From contig OZ024749.1 of assembly GCA_964016885.1 (NCBI GenBank), forward strand, positions 27,404,001-27,468,000: 64,000 bases of DNA, written 5' to 3'. Below, in pieces: positions 13,349-26,996 of the stretch. The position numbers and the translations under genes are program-made. This DNA is from Eledone cirrhosa. Taxonomy: Eukaryota. Below the pieces are notes generated by a model. That model searched no databases. It had not been told where the DNA came from and saw only the letters and a program-made list of their open reading frames with translations. Within the stretch, counting starts at the first letter, position 1. The number at the start of each line of letters is the position of its first letter.

Positions 13349-13834
13349 CATCAGAAGGCCGGACTGGAAGATATGCTTAAAAACTTATATCCGTGAAATC
13401 ACTATACATCTTTCAATGGCCCAGCTTCATCATCCAAGTAACTTCGACAGAATTACATAACAGGGTTATGTTAAAACCAAACTTATCATGGAAGATAGTG
13501 AAACGAGAATAGGAAATTAAAAATTACAATTCGACCGGGGACTACCTGTAAAAAAGCTGTTGATGTGCGAGAAGGCAGCCTCCGAGTGGTTGCTATATAT
13601 ATTATTCAAGTGAAGAAAGTTGGTTGATCAAATAATCCACTGACTGGAGTGGATTACTACCATGACGCTTCTAACTGCAGTAGCATATCAAAAACAAAAA
13701 TACTACAACTTTACACCTGTCTGAAAAGAACACATCAAAGAGTTATTATACAACCACTTTGACGTCTTCGAAATACGTATAACAGGATTATATAATAAAC
13801 AGAGGATGTACATTTAAAATCACCTCTCTTCTTT

Positions 13835-13879
<45 letters not shown>

Positions 13880-14114
13880 TTACATGGTTTTCAGACTCAC
13901 ATTTCCTTGATTTAAAATAGACCAGAAATACGATCAATGTCAATACATTAATAGTGGTTTCTGATTTAGGCACAAGGCCAACAATTTTGTTGGAGAGGAA
14001 AGTTGATTAAATTCACCCCAGTGTATTACTGGTATTTATTTTATCGGCCCCATATATATGAGTGTGTGTGTGTGTGTGTGTGTATTATTATTAGCAGCAG
14101 CATTTAACATACAT

Positions 14115-14194
<80 letters not shown>

Positions 14195-14228
14195 TATAAG
14201 ATCAAAAGATGGTTAAAGGAGTTCCATA

Positions 14229-14299
14229 TATTTTATTATGCGCATTTCAAAAACAAACATTATCAAGCAATAATATTTGTGTTTTCATCAGATAAAACA
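14229..14299 (-). ncRNA. minimal type I hammerhead ribozyme (family X), inverted copy
   Basis: reverse complement of 14347-14417 in the left arm of the palindrome. Confidence 0.82.
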
Positions 14300-14346
14300 G
14301 GAGAACATGATATGAAGGCTAAAAATCACTTCATATCATGTTCTCC

Positions 14347-14417
14347 TGTTTTATCTGATGAAAACACAAATATTATTGCTTGATAATGTTTGTTTTTGAA
14401 ATGCGCATAATAAAATA
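14347..14417 (+). ncRNA. minimal type I hammerhead ribozyme (family X, stem III ATGCGCAT)
   Basis: stem I tgttttat/ataaaata; CTGATGA 14355-14361; long stem II; GAAA 14398-14401; cleavage triplet AUA ending 14409. Confidence 0.85.
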
Positions 14418-14652
14418 TATGGAACTCCTTTAACCATCTTTTGATCTTATATTATGCATACTCCAGTCCCACAAACTGTAGAGTGCTTCTTATCCGATAT
14501 CTGCATTGCTTTATTGTACTACAATAAAACTCACCTCCTACATTATATATACATATATATATATATGCAGAGGTTATATTTAATTTGTTGGGATTCAACC
14601 GTTAAAGTTGTCTTTTTTCCGGCTGTCAATATTTATTTATAAAACAAATCTG

Positions 14653-14718
14653 TATTTTATCTGATGAAAGCGCACCATAATTTGCCTTGGTTGCCCTTGA
14701 AATATATATAATAAAATA
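14653..14718 (+). ncRNA. minimal type I hammerhead ribozyme (family Y, stem III ATATATAT)
   Basis: stem I tattttat/ataaaata; CTGATGA 14661-14667; stem II aag-c-gcacca...tggttgc-c-ctt; GAAA 14699-14702; AUA cleavage after 14710. Confidence 0.85.
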
Positions 14719-15022
14719 ATTATGGTTTTATAAATATAGTTTCCATTTATTAATATATTGTTTATATATATATATATTATAAGAACAGATTAAAGTTTAA
14801 GCAAAGAATCACTGCCTTCGCCTTAAACGGGATGTTCTGAAAGTCCTTGGATTTTAGTATTCAGATTTATTATCCCGCCGGGGTTAACTTTGCCTTTCAT
14901 CCTTACGGGGTCGATAAAATAAAGTACCAGTAATACACTGAGATAATTGCCGGCCTTGTGCCAAAAGTAGAAATAATTATTACTATATATGTATATATAT
15001 AAATTAGTGTGTGTGTGTGTGT

Positions 15023-15067
<45 letters not shown>

Positions 15068-15070
15068 AGC

Positions 15071-15102
<32 letters not shown>

Positions 15103-15956
15103 CAGACAGACAGAAAGAGGGAGGGAGTGAGTTAGTGAGAGAGAGAGGAAAAGTGGAGTCAGACAGCTAGTCTCAAGTACAATAATAACAGTATTCATAT
15201 ATTCAGTTCTCGAAAGGTGTAGCTGAGTTAACAGTAATAAAACTTACAGATGTTAGTACTTAAGATTTGACTACTGAACTCACTGAAGCAACTGTATTAC
15301 TAATGCCATTACAGTTCCATAACTTTTAATGTGTAACTACGACTGCTGCTGCTGCTACTACTACTACTACTACTACTACCACTTCTGTAGCTACCCCTCT
15401 CTCTCTCTCTCTCTCTCTCTATGTATTAATGTAGTGTCATCATCACTATCGTCAACAGTGTAGTTATCATTGCAAGGAAGATTGTATATAATTACTAGAG
15501 TTGCTAGAAATGACAGTCAAGTTTCCTTGGAGTCAGACTCAACTGTTTAAAAAAAACAACATTTTTTCAAAATAGGGAGAAAGACACATCCAAGATAATA
15601 TAGTCCTAGGTACCCCTAAAATATGACAGGGAGCTAATGACCATCATCATCACTATACAAGCCTACAAAGAGGCTCCTACTTGATCCCAGTTAGAAATAG
15701 CAGTTAAATCTACCTCGAATCACAATCTATCAAAGTATTCCTTGGATAATGTAGTCTTAGATACAGCATGTTTTTTTTTTAACAGTTGGAACGTCTTTCG
15801 TAATAGGTTTGCTTTGTGAGATTATTCAGACATTTGACAGTCTACCAAAAGTTCCTCTCCTTGTTCTCTTCTGTTGCTCCCAGGGAATAAGATGCAATTC
15901 AGAAACCTGACTCCCAACCAAAACACTGCCCCTATTCTCTGAACTATCTCCTCTTT

Positions 15957-16485
15957 CTAGAAATAACTGCCAGCTCCTATTTATAGAAATAACTGCCAGC
16001 TTCTATTTCTAGAAATAATTGCCAGCTCTTATTTTTAGAAATAACTGCCAGCTCCTATTTATAGAAATAACTGCCAGCTTCTATTTCTAGAAATAATTGC
16101 CAGCTCTTATTTTTAGAAATAACTGCCAGCTCTTATTTATAGAAATAACTGCCAGCTTCTATTTCTAGAAATAATTGCCAGCTCTTATTTTTAGAAATAA
16201 CTGCCAGCTCCTATTTATAGAAATAACTGCCAGCTTCTATTTCTAGAAATAATTGCCAGCTCTTATTTTTAGAAATAACTGTTTCTACTTTAGGCACAAG
16301 GCCAGCAATTACCCAGTGCATTACTGTAGAAATAACTGCCAGCTCCTATTTATAGAAATAACTGCCAGCTTCTATTTCTAGAAATAATTGCCAGCTCTTA
16401 TTTTTAGAAATAACTGTCAGCTCCTATTTCTAGAAATAACTGTCAACTCCTATTTCTAGAAATAGCTGTCAGTTCCTATATCTAG
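15957..16485. repeat. 26-bp minisatellite with a 3-unit higher-order repeat
   Basis: agaaataa(c/t)tgccagct(c/t)(c/t)tattt(a/c/t)t; three variants cycle; interrupted by a SINE B tail at about 16280-16326. Confidence 0.92.
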
Positions 16486-16914
16486 AAGAAGGTAGTTCAG
16501 ATATTTCCCCACCTCCATGGCTGTCAGGTATTTGGAGAAGGTAACAAATTGGTAGAGTTGTTAGTGGGTAGAATAGATTGCCTTGCAGTATTTATTCTCG
16601 TTCTCTGCCAAAGTCCATTTGACTTTCACTCTTTCAGAGCTAATACATAAAGTACCAGCTAACTATTAAGGTTGATTTCACTCTCTCTCTCCAGCTTTCT
16701 AAACACACACACCCACTATATATGTGTGTGTAATATTAATGAGAGTAAATTTTATTCATTTACTAGCTGTATTTTAGCTCCTTGCAATGATAGGATCACG
16801 CAGAGCCGGTATATAGTTACAATATGCTTATAAACTAAAAATTAAAAGTTCAAGGCATTTAATCACTAACAATTGTTTTGAAATTTAATTAAACTCTGAT
16901 GATCTCTATGGTTT

Positions 16915-17600
16915 GTGCATTACTGGTACTTTATTTTATCAACCATAGTATAGATGAAAGGTAATAACTGTATGCTGCAAAGTATATTGTCCAAAGCTCT
17001 TACGATACTGTCAATACATTAATAATAGTTTCTGATTTAGGCACAAGGCCAATAATTTTGGTGGAGAGGAAAGTTGATTAAATTAACTCCAGTGTATTAC
17101 TGGTATTTATTTTACCTGCCCCTTAAGAATGAAAGGTAAAGCTAACCTCGGCAAGATTTGAACTCAGAATATAAAGGGACATAACTATATGCCACAAGCA
17201 TGTTGTTTGATGCTCTACTGATACTACCAATCCACCAATAATAATCGTTTCTACGTTTGACACAAGGCCAGCAATTACCCAGTGCATTACTGGTACTTTA
17301 TTTTATCGACCCCGTAAGGATGAAAGGCAAAGTTAACCTTGGCGGGATTTGAACTCAGAATGGCAAGGGCCGTAACTCTAAGCGTCAAAGCATGGCGTCC
17401 GACCCTCTACCGATACTGCCAATCCATCGCCCTCAAATCCACCAATAATAATAATAATAATTGTTCCTACTTTTGGCATAAGGCCAGCAATTACCCCAGT
17501 GCATTACTGGTGCTTTATTTTATCAACCCTGTAAAGATGAAAAGAAAAGCTAACCTCGGTGGGATTTGAACTCAGGACGTAAAGAGTCATAATTCTAGGA
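16915..17600 (-). mobile_element. head-to-tail cluster of about 4 SINE family B copies
   Basis: repeated ggcacaaggcca...ttactggta...gatttgaactcag blocks. Confidence 0.85.
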
Positions 17601-18199
17601 GAAGAATTAGTGGTGAACAGCAGAAAGCTAATTAGAAATAATTAAAAGTGACACAAAAAAACATTAGTTCAATGACTAATATTATTTTATGCACTGGGTA
17701 ATTGCTGGCCTTGTGCCTAACGTAGAAACAATTATTTTAATTATTTTAGCCAGTAAGGGAGACAACTTGAAACATGTTTCAGTCACATACCTCCTCAATT
17801 AAACACAGATTTCTCCACACTAGCCAAAGTAGTGATGGGGGGAATCATTATGTAGATGTAGATGTAGAAATATTTTACACAGGTAAAGGTGTGGAAAATT
17901 AATACAAGTCTCCTTAATTGGAGACTGCTCTAAAATACCTTCGCGATGACACTCTGGTTACAAAAGTATGTTTGTTTTTGTTTTCTTTTCCTACCCGAGA
18001 CGTGGTTTTCTGACTCACATTTCCTTGATTTAAAATAGACCATAAATACGATCAATGTCAAATTTATTTTATGTCCTGTTTAATCATCTCGGCATGGGGT
18101 GAACAGGTCTGACAGCAACCCGTCTTGTCAGTAATCACAGTTCATCATTATCTGGCAGAGAAGAAAAACCAGCTATTTCTGTAATTGTGTATGTCATGT

Positions 18200-18850
18200 T
18201 ATTTTTTACATGATTCCTACAGTCAGATGTCTTTCCTCCAACCAACCACTTTACACTTTATTATATATTCTATGTCAAAGAATTGTTATTTTTGACATGG
18301 CTTCCCACCATCAACCATTTTACAGTTTGTATTGTATATTCTATGTCAACAAACTGTTATTTTTTTATCCTTCCCAGTCAGATGATCTTTCTACCATCAA
18401 CCACTTTGCACCAGGTATTGTGTCTTGTGCTTCAGAGAATTGTTATTTTTGACATGGCTTCTCTACAGCTGGAGGTCCTTCCCACCATCAACCAGTTTAC
18501 AGCTTGTATTGTATATTCTATATCAATAAACTGTTATTTTTGACATCGTTCACAGTCAGATGACCTTTCTAACACCAACCACTTTATAGTCTGTATTGTA
18601 TATTCTATGTCAAAAAATTGTTATTTTTTATGTAGTTTCTACAACCAGATGACTTTCCTACCACCAATCACTTTACAGCAGGTATTATGTCCTGTGTTTC
18701 AGACAATTCTCACAGCCAGATGTCCTAGCAACCACCAGCAGCTGTTGTATGTTGTCTATCAACAAATTGTTATTTTTGACACAGTTTCTACAGCCAGATG
18801 TCCTTGTTCCCACCAACCCCATTACAGTAGGTGTTGTGTATTGTGACACA
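18200..18850. repeat. degenerate tandem repeat related to the reverse-oriented SINE A tail
   Basis: recurring ttctacagc.agatgtccttcc.accatcaaccactttacag blocks. Confidence 0.65.
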
Positions 18851-19223
18851 ATTTCCAAAGGTAAAATAACGAGCAAAAATAACCAAAGCCATTAAATAAA
18901 AGCTAAAGAACAGAATAAAATCATATTTTTTTCTATTTTAATTATGAAAAGATATTTTCAATGTAAATGAACTAATTATATTAAATGTCCATTGTGTGTA
19001 TGTATGTGAGTGCGCGTGTGTTGTGTGTGACCCCCAAATGATGGAGAACAAAGAGCTGTGGTAATTGCTGTGGACCAGAAAGTCAAGAGCTGCAACCTGT
19101 CTAGCTGTACCAGTTACAACATCATGATGATGATATATTTATAAAAATCATGTTGGTGTTTGGAAGATAAAATAATTTTTTACACATACACACATGTGAA
19201 CTACATTTTCATGTGTGTCTATG

Positions 19224-19255
<32 letters not shown>

Positions 19256-19845
19256 CATGTGTATCTATATATAGAAAGTCTGCCAATAAAATGTTAACAC
19301 ACTTCCAGAAAAGATATATATATACACACACATTCATTGAAGTTGGTGGTTCACCACTGGATAGAACTTTTCATTATGTTTAGTTAATAATTGTTTCTAC
19401 TTTTGGCACAAGGCCAGCAATTATTCCAGTGTATTACTGGTAATTTATTTTATCGACCCCGTAAGGATTAGTTAATAATGATGCAATAGCAGGGAAAGCA
19501 CTCAGCATAACTTTGGTATAATTATCTTTGGTATAAGATTCTGTTGGTGGTGCGTGAACGGAGTTAAATATTATTGAATAAAGTGACAGGAGGCCAAAAA
19601 GTTGAAATTCCTTTAAAGTTTTTATCCTGCAGATACTATATATATTTCAAGGGCCAGTAGAATTCCAGCGACATCATCAGATGCATTGCGTAACAGTCAT
19701 AAAGGAATCATGGTAAACACAGGGTGTGTACATGGAGAGACAAAAATAAAAAATATTTGATTGCTTAGACTGATTGCCCCCGGGGGCAATCAGTTTAACA
19801 GACTGGAAACAATCTATGTTTACCATGACTCCTTTATATATATAC

Positions 19846-19877
<32 letters not shown>

Positions 19878-19939
19878 GAAGGGCGGTGCCCCAGCATGGC
19901 CTCAGCCGGATGGCTGAAACAGGTAAAAGAGGTAAAAGA

Positions 19940-20009
<70 letters not shown>

Positions 20010-20177
20010 AGTACATCTACCAACATATGCGTACAGATGTACACTAATGCTAGCAAATATATAAGTTATGTCAAAGTACCTAGGTGGTTCTATGCAGGGG
20101 GATGCAGAACAATTATATGAAAGACGTAAAATAAGAAAATTTTAAAAATTAAAAATTAACTTACTTACTAAAATTTT

Positions 20178-20261
20178 CACTCCAACTAATTAGTTTCTGT
20201 AATGGGATAAATATAGTTACATAATATAACTATCGAGAATTCATTACGTCATCAGGAGTCT
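20178..20261 (-). ncRNA. decayed hammerhead ribozyme inside an inverted repeat
   Basis: minus strand actc CTGATGA c gtaatg...cattac a GAAA ctaattag TT ggagt; palindromic stem III ACTAATTAGT; stem I register is off by one. Confidence 0.5.
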
Positions 20262-20317
20262 AAAAATTTTAGTAAGTAAGTTAATTTTTAATTTTTAAAA
20301 TTTTCTTATATTACGTC

Positions 20318-20377
<60 letters not shown>

Positions 20378-20760
20378 GAGGTGCTGTAGATCGAGAATAA
20401 CTTAATGTTTGAAAATTCACAAAATATTAATGAGCTCAATTTGTTAAAAGGAGATTTTTTTTTTAAAAGATTGTATTAATCATATTAATCAAACTGGTAA
20501 AAATATTTGATGGACTAAATATAGAAATATTTGTGTTTTGTTTGATTAAAAAAAGAGCCTTTAAATACACTTCTGTACATTTCCACTTTTATTTTTTACA
20601 TTATATATCATCATCATCACCGTTTTACGTCCGTTCTTCCATGCTAGCATAGGTTAGATGGGTTGTCCTGTTGTGTGCAGTGTCTGGTCGGCTGACCATG
20701 CCTTGCTCATACAGGAACTGATTTTGGCTTGATTTCTACAGCTGGATGCCCTTCCTAACA

Positions 20761-20810
<50 letters not shown>

Positions 20811-20820
<10 letters not shown>

Positions 20821-21312
20821 TAAACGGAATAGAAAATGCTGACAAATTGTTCACAGTTGAAAAATGGTTTAATTAGGAATAAAAGAGTATTAGTGATTGT
20901 ATGGGTTAGTATTCAGTTGTGGTTTTAAGTTTTTAAGTTTTTACCGGTTGCGCATTTCTAAATGCTTTTCAAAAATAATTTTGAGATAGAGTGTCCGTGC
21001 TGTTTGCTCTGATCTGATTAGTTTTGTGAATTCTACCTGTTTTTATGTTAAAAAAGTGGCTCCAGCGTTATTTTTGTGTTGCAAAAATGCTTGTGGTCAA
21101 AACAATTTTGATTGGTCGGTAGAGGTCATGTGAATGTAAAAAGTTGATTTTGCGCCAAGACTGTTTTTATGTTAAAAAAGTGGCTCCAGCAAAAATTCTT
21201 GGTGAAAACAATTTTGATTGGTCGGTAGAGGTCATGTGGATAAAAAATTGGTTTTGCGCCAAGATTGAGAAATGACTCTTTCACAACAAATATGTGTGTG
21301 TGTGTGTGTGTA

Positions 21313-21349
<37 letters not shown>

Positions 21350-21420
21350 AGTAGTAGTAGTAAGGTGTTCGATGCTGCGACAATGGCCAGCAGCGATGTG
21401 TGTCAAATGGCTATTAAGAT

Positions 21421-21503
<83 letters not shown>

Positions 21504-21674
21504 GCAGAGTAATTCGATGGTCAGTAAGAATGTGTCTGAAAGCAATGGGGGGTATTTTAGTATGTCAAAAGATATTTTTCAGCTTTTGTCTTATACGGAG
21601 AAGACAAAAGCTGAAAAATATCTTCAAAAATATTGCTTTCAGACACATTCTTACTGACCATCGAATTACTCTGC

Positions 21675-21705
<31 letters not shown>

Positions 21706-21791
21706 TTATCTTAATAGCCATTTGACACACATCGCTGCTGGCCATTGTCGCAGCATCGAACACCTTACTACTACTACTACACACACACACA

Positions 21792-21878
<87 letters not shown>

Positions 21879-22358
21879 TTGTTGTGAAAGAGTCATTTCT
21901 CAATCTTGGCGCAAAACCAATTTTTTATCCACATGACCTCTACTGACCAATCAAAATTGTTTTCACCAAGAATTTTTGCTGGAGCCACTTTTTTAACATA
22001 AAAACAGTCTTGGCGCAAAATCAACTTTTTACATTCACATGACCTCTACCGACCAATCAAAATTGTTTTGACCACAAGCATTTTTGCAACACAAAAATAA
22101 CGCTGGAGCCACTTTTTTAACATAAAAACAGGTAGAATTCCCAAAACTAATCAAATCAGAGCAAACAGCACGGACACTCTATCTCAAAATTATTTTTGAA
22201 AAGCATTTAGAAATGCGCAACCGGTAAAAACTTAAAAACTTAAAACCACAACTGAATACTAACCCATACAATCACTAATACTCTTTTATTCCTAATTAAA
22301 CCATTTTTCAACTGTGAACAATTTGTCAGCATTTTCTATTCCGTTTACCAATATATAA
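20811..22358. repeat. 1.55-kb foldback (arms about 20811-21592 and 21601-22358) in (TA)n, unclassified
   Basis: arms are reverse complements, differing in (TG)n lengths, a few substitutions and a bulge near the 8-nt loop. Confidence 0.9.
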
Positions 22359-22390
22359 TAACTTGTGTGTTACACCTCTATTCTTTTAAC

Positions 22391-22424
<34 letters not shown>

Positions 22425-22983
22425 GTTTCCATTTATTAATATCGTATATATATATATATATAATGATGATAAAATAGCTTAAATTAGTTGATAATACAAC
22501 AATATAAAGGCAAAGAATATTTCAAAGCTCCATGTGATATTATAGTCCACAGCAAGATAGGTAAAAGACAGTTTAGAGTTTAATCTAATCAGTAAATTTC
22601 CAGTCACTGTAGTTTTACAATATCACAGAGCAGATATATAAATGAATAAAAAAATAACCAGGATTAAATTAAATTTAAACATTTAATTGATTGACAAACG
22701 TTTTGATCAGGGCCTAGGAGAGGATGTCCAGCCGGTACTTTGTTCTGGGACTCAAGAGCTAAGAAGGCTCCACAGCAACCATGCAACATCTATTTTCAGA
22801 AAAATCTTTGCCTGCTTCAGGCCTCAAAGGGGTCTTGTATTGCCTTGCAAAATTTCTCTTGGAGGTCCTGGTAACAGGAATATTCATTCCTGCTATATTG
22901 ATCTCCTCAGAATCTATGTTGAAACATTCATCAATCAATTAAATGATTTCATTCAAATTTAATCCTGGTTATTTTAATTCATT

Positions 22984-23015
<32 letters not shown>

Positions 23016-23046
23016 AAGAATCAAAGAACTGTTCAAAACATTTTTA

Positions 23047-23093
23047 TGCTTACAACTGTTTCCTCCAAACCGAGGTTTGGATTCTTCGGAGCA
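23047..23093 (-). ncRNA. hammerhead ribozyme with one core substitution (CCGAAGA)
   Basis: minus strand tgct CCGAAGA a tccaaacc-tc-ggtttgga g GAAA cagttg TA agca. Confidence 0.6.
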
Positions 23094-23624
23094 ATTTATT
23101 AATGAATGAACACTTATATGACCTCCTTTTCACCCAAGAGACATACAGATACATATGCAAATATTGTGGGTCAACATTCATTACAGTTTAGAGTGGCAGT
23201 ACACACTTAGAGATTACAAGCATAAAAATGTTTTGAACAGTTCTTTGATTCTTATATTTCATATAACTGCTCTGTAAATCATCTGATGTTTTTACATTGA
23301 GCTACTTAACTTACTGGTAACAAGGTAGTAATATATTACTGCCTACACTATTTAGGGTTTGTATAAAAATATATATAACCGCAAAAGGTTTTTGTATTTA
23401 CATAACCATAAATAGTATAATTAATACTATATATATATATAAAAGTTAGTTTCACAACAGTTAGTAAACCATTTTCGAAGAAGTGTGTTTCACCTTGCGG
23501 ATTTTCAAACGTGTGTCCTCGAAAATGGTTCACTAACTGTTGTGGGACTCACTTCTACCGAACTCATCCCATGGACTGAGTGCTCTTCTTACTATGGATA
23601 TAACCTCCCAGTGTTTTACCACAA

Positions 23625-23708
<84 letters not shown>

Positions 23709-23713
<5 letters not shown>

Positions 23714-23965
23714 TCCTTGAGCAAGACACTTTATTTCACATTGCTCCAGTTTACTCAGCTGTAGAAATGAGATGATAGGGACTGGGGTCCTTATCATTCC
23801 ACTGCAAAGTGGTCGTGGAGGTGCCACGGCAAAAAAGCACCCAGCACTCACTGTAAATGAGGTTGGTGTTAGGAAGGGCATCCAGCTGTAGAAATCAAAC
23901 CAAAATCAGTTACCGTCCCACCCTTGCAAGCAGGGAAAAAGCAGACGTAAAATGAAATGATGATA
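23709..23965 (+). mobile_element. SINE family A, 5'-truncated
   Basis: matches about 445-706. Confidence 0.88.
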
Positions 23966-24129
23966 TATAGATAGATAGATATATACATACACATATATAT
24001 ATATATGTTTTAATAAGTAGGAAAGAGGACATAACTGAATCCATAAGGGGAAGTGGCCGTCCTAAATATGTAGGAAAGAAGTAGGTAGGGAGAAGCTCAT
24101 TATGTAATAATGGAGTGCTCTAACAGAGT

Positions 24130-24400
24130 CCATTCTGCTGCTTGTCCACTCAGCAAAGCCTACAGAACTCTGGGCATGAAAGGAACAAGCAGGAGAAAAA
24201 ACAATGTGGAAGCCGCTGAGACGGCATATAAATGACTATGGCCAAATAGAAGTGACAGGTCGGTAGCTTTGATATGTAAGCCATTTGGCATGACCAACTT
24301 TCGTTGAGCCACCTGGGTCAGGGTCAGGGTGTATGACATGAGTCCTGGAACATCCAGTGACTCCAGGATACATCACTGATGATGTGTACAGGTATATACA
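24130..24400 (+). mobile_element. 3' end of a HERO-like (restriction-like-endonuclease) non-LTR retrotransposon
   Basis: translates as LSKAYRTLGMKGTSRRKNNVEAAETAYK*LWPNR, which resembles the HERO C-terminus (EAAE-AS-WLW--R) as I recall it; followed by a 3' UTR related to the adjoining satellite. Confidence 0.6.
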
Positions 24401-26996
24401 TCTGTAGTTGGGTCATCTGGATGAGGGTGACTATGTTGTAAGACTATCTGAAACATCCAGTGACTCCAGGATACAACACTGATGTGTCAAAGGTTTTACA
24501 TCCGTAGTTGGGTCATCTGGATGAGGGTGACTATGTTGTAAGACTATCTGAAACATCCAGTGACTCCAGGCTACAACACTGATGTGTCAAAGGTTTTACA
24601 TCCGTAGTTGGGTCATCTGGATGAGGGTGACTATGTTGTAAGACTATCTGAAACATCCAGTGACTCCAGGATACAACACTGATGTGTCAAAGGTTTTACA
24701 TCTGTAGTTGGGTTATCTGGATGAGGGTGACTATGTTGTAAGACTATCTGAAACATCCAGTGACTCCAGGATACAACACTGAGGTGTCAAAGGTTTTACA
24801 TCTGTAGTTGGGTTATCTGGATGAGGGTGACTATGTTGTAAGACTATCTGAAACATCCAGTGACTCCAGGATACAACACTGAGGTGTCCAAGGTTTTACA
24901 TCCATAGTTGGGTTATCTGGATGAGGGTGACTATGTTGTAAGACTATCTGAAACATCCAGTGACTCCAGGATACAACACTGATGTGTCAAAGGTTTTACA
25001 TCCGTAGTTGGGTCATCTGGATGAGGGTGACTATGTTGTAAGACTATCTGAAACATCCAGTGACTCCAGGATACATCACTGATGTGTCAAAGGTTTTACA
25101 TCCGTAGTTGGGTCATCTGGATGAGGGTGACTATGTTGTAAGACTATCTGAAGCATCCAGTGACTCCAGGATACATCACTGATGTGTCAAAGGTTTTACA
25201 TCCATAGTTGGGTCATCTGGATGAGGGTGACTATGTTGTAAGACCTGAAACATCCAGTGACTCCAGGATATATCACTGGTGAGGTGTCCAAGGTTTTACA
25301 TCTGTAGTTGGGTCATCTGGATGAGGGTGACTATGTTGTAAGACTATCTGAAACATCCAGTGACTCCAGGATACAACACTGATGTGTCAAAGGTTTTACA
25401 TCCGTAGTTGGGTCATCTGGATGAGGGTGACTATGTTGTAAGACTATCTGAAACATCCAGTGACTCCAGGATACAACACTGATGTGTCAAAGGTTTTACA
25501 TCCGTAGTTGGGTCATCTGGATGAGGGTGACTATGTTGTAAGACTATCTGGAACATCCAGTGACTCCAGGATACAACACTGATGTGTCAAAGGTTTTACA
25601 TCCATAGTTGGGTCATCTGGATGAGGGTGACTATGTTGTAAGACTATCTGTAACATCCAGTGACTCCAGGATACAACACTGATGTGTCAAAGGTTTTACA
25701 TCCATAGTTGGGTCATCTGGATGAGGGTGACTATGTTGTAAGACTATCTGGAACATCCAGTGACTCCAGGATACAACACTGATGTGTCAAAGGTTTTACA
25801 TCCGTAGTTGGGTCATCTGGATGAGGGTGACTATGTTGTAAGACTATCTGGAACATCCAGTGACTCCAGGATACAACACTGATGTGTCAAAGGTTTTACA
25901 TCCATAGTTGGGTCATCTGGATGAGGGTGACTATGTTGTAAGACTATCTGGAACATCCAGTGACTCCAGGATACAACACTGATGTGTCAAAGGTTTTACA
26001 TCCGTAGTTGGGTCATCTGGATGAGGGTGACTATGTTGTAAGACCTGAAACATCCAGTGACTCCAGGATACAGCACTGATGTGTCAAAGGTTTTACATCC
26101 GTAGTTGGGTCATCTGGATGAGGGTGACTATGTTGTAAGACTATCTGAAACATCCAGTGACTCCAGAATACAACACTGAAGTGTCAAAGGTTTTACATCC
26201 GTAGTTGGGTCATCTGGATGAGGGTGACTATGTTGTAAGACTATCTGAAACATCCAGTGACTCCAGGATACAGCACTGATGTGTCAAAGGTTTTACATCC
26301 GTAGTTGGGTCATCTGGATGAGGGTGACTATGTTGTAAGACTATCTGAAACATCCAGTGACTCCAGGATACAACACTGGTGTGTCAAAGGTTTTACATCC
26401 GTAGTTGGGTCATCTGGATGAGGGTGACTATGTTGTAAGACTATCTGAAACATCCAGTGACTCCAGGATACAGCACTGATGTGTCAAAGGTTTTACATCC
26501 GTAGTTGGGTCATCTGGATGAGGGTGACTATGTTGTAAGACCTGAAACATCCAGTGACTCCAGGATACAACACTGATGTGTCAAAGGTTTTACATCCGTA
26601 GTTGGGTCATCTGGATGAGGGTGACTATGTTGTAAGACTATCTGAAACATCCAGTGACTCCAGGATACAACACTGAAGTGTCAAAGGTTTTACATCCGTA
26701 GTTGGGTCATCTGGATGAGGGTGACTATGTTGTAAGACCTGAAACATCCAGTGACTCCAGGATACATCACTGGTGTGTCAAAGGTTTTACATCCGTAGTT
26801 GGGTCATCTGGATGAGGGTGACTATGTTGTAAGACCTGAAACATCCAGTGACTCCAGGATACATCACTGGTGTGTCAAAGGTTTTACATCCGTAGTTGGA
26901 CCATCTGGATGAGGGTGACTATGTTGTAAGACTATCTGAAACGTCCAGTGACTCCAGGATACATCACTGGTGAGGTGTCCAAGGTTTTACATCTGT
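24351..26996 (+). repeat. 100-bp tandem satellite, about 26 copies, with a 96-bp variant
   Basis: unit catccagtgactccaggatacaacactgatgtgtcaaaggttttacatccgtagttgggtcatctggatgagggtgactatgttgtaagac(tat)ctgaaa. Confidence 0.97.

Larger units (their letters stand above)
14189..14543. mobile_element. palindromic PLE-type end (family X) with a hammerhead in each arm
   Basis: about 130-bp perfect inverted arms around an 11-nt spacer, plus a unique tail; homologous to 31937-32250. Confidence 0.75.

Noticed and set aside
21272-21946. 224-aa ORF across the foldback centre
   Set aside because: Mostly (TG)n/(CA)n translation; no domain signal.
24351-26996. CRISPR-like array, or tandem hammerhead satellite (ctggatgag...gaaac, ctgatg)
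   Set aside because: Units are wholly repeated with no unique spacers and there are no cas genes; the CUGANGA core is absent from the unit consensus and stems do not fit hammerhead topology.
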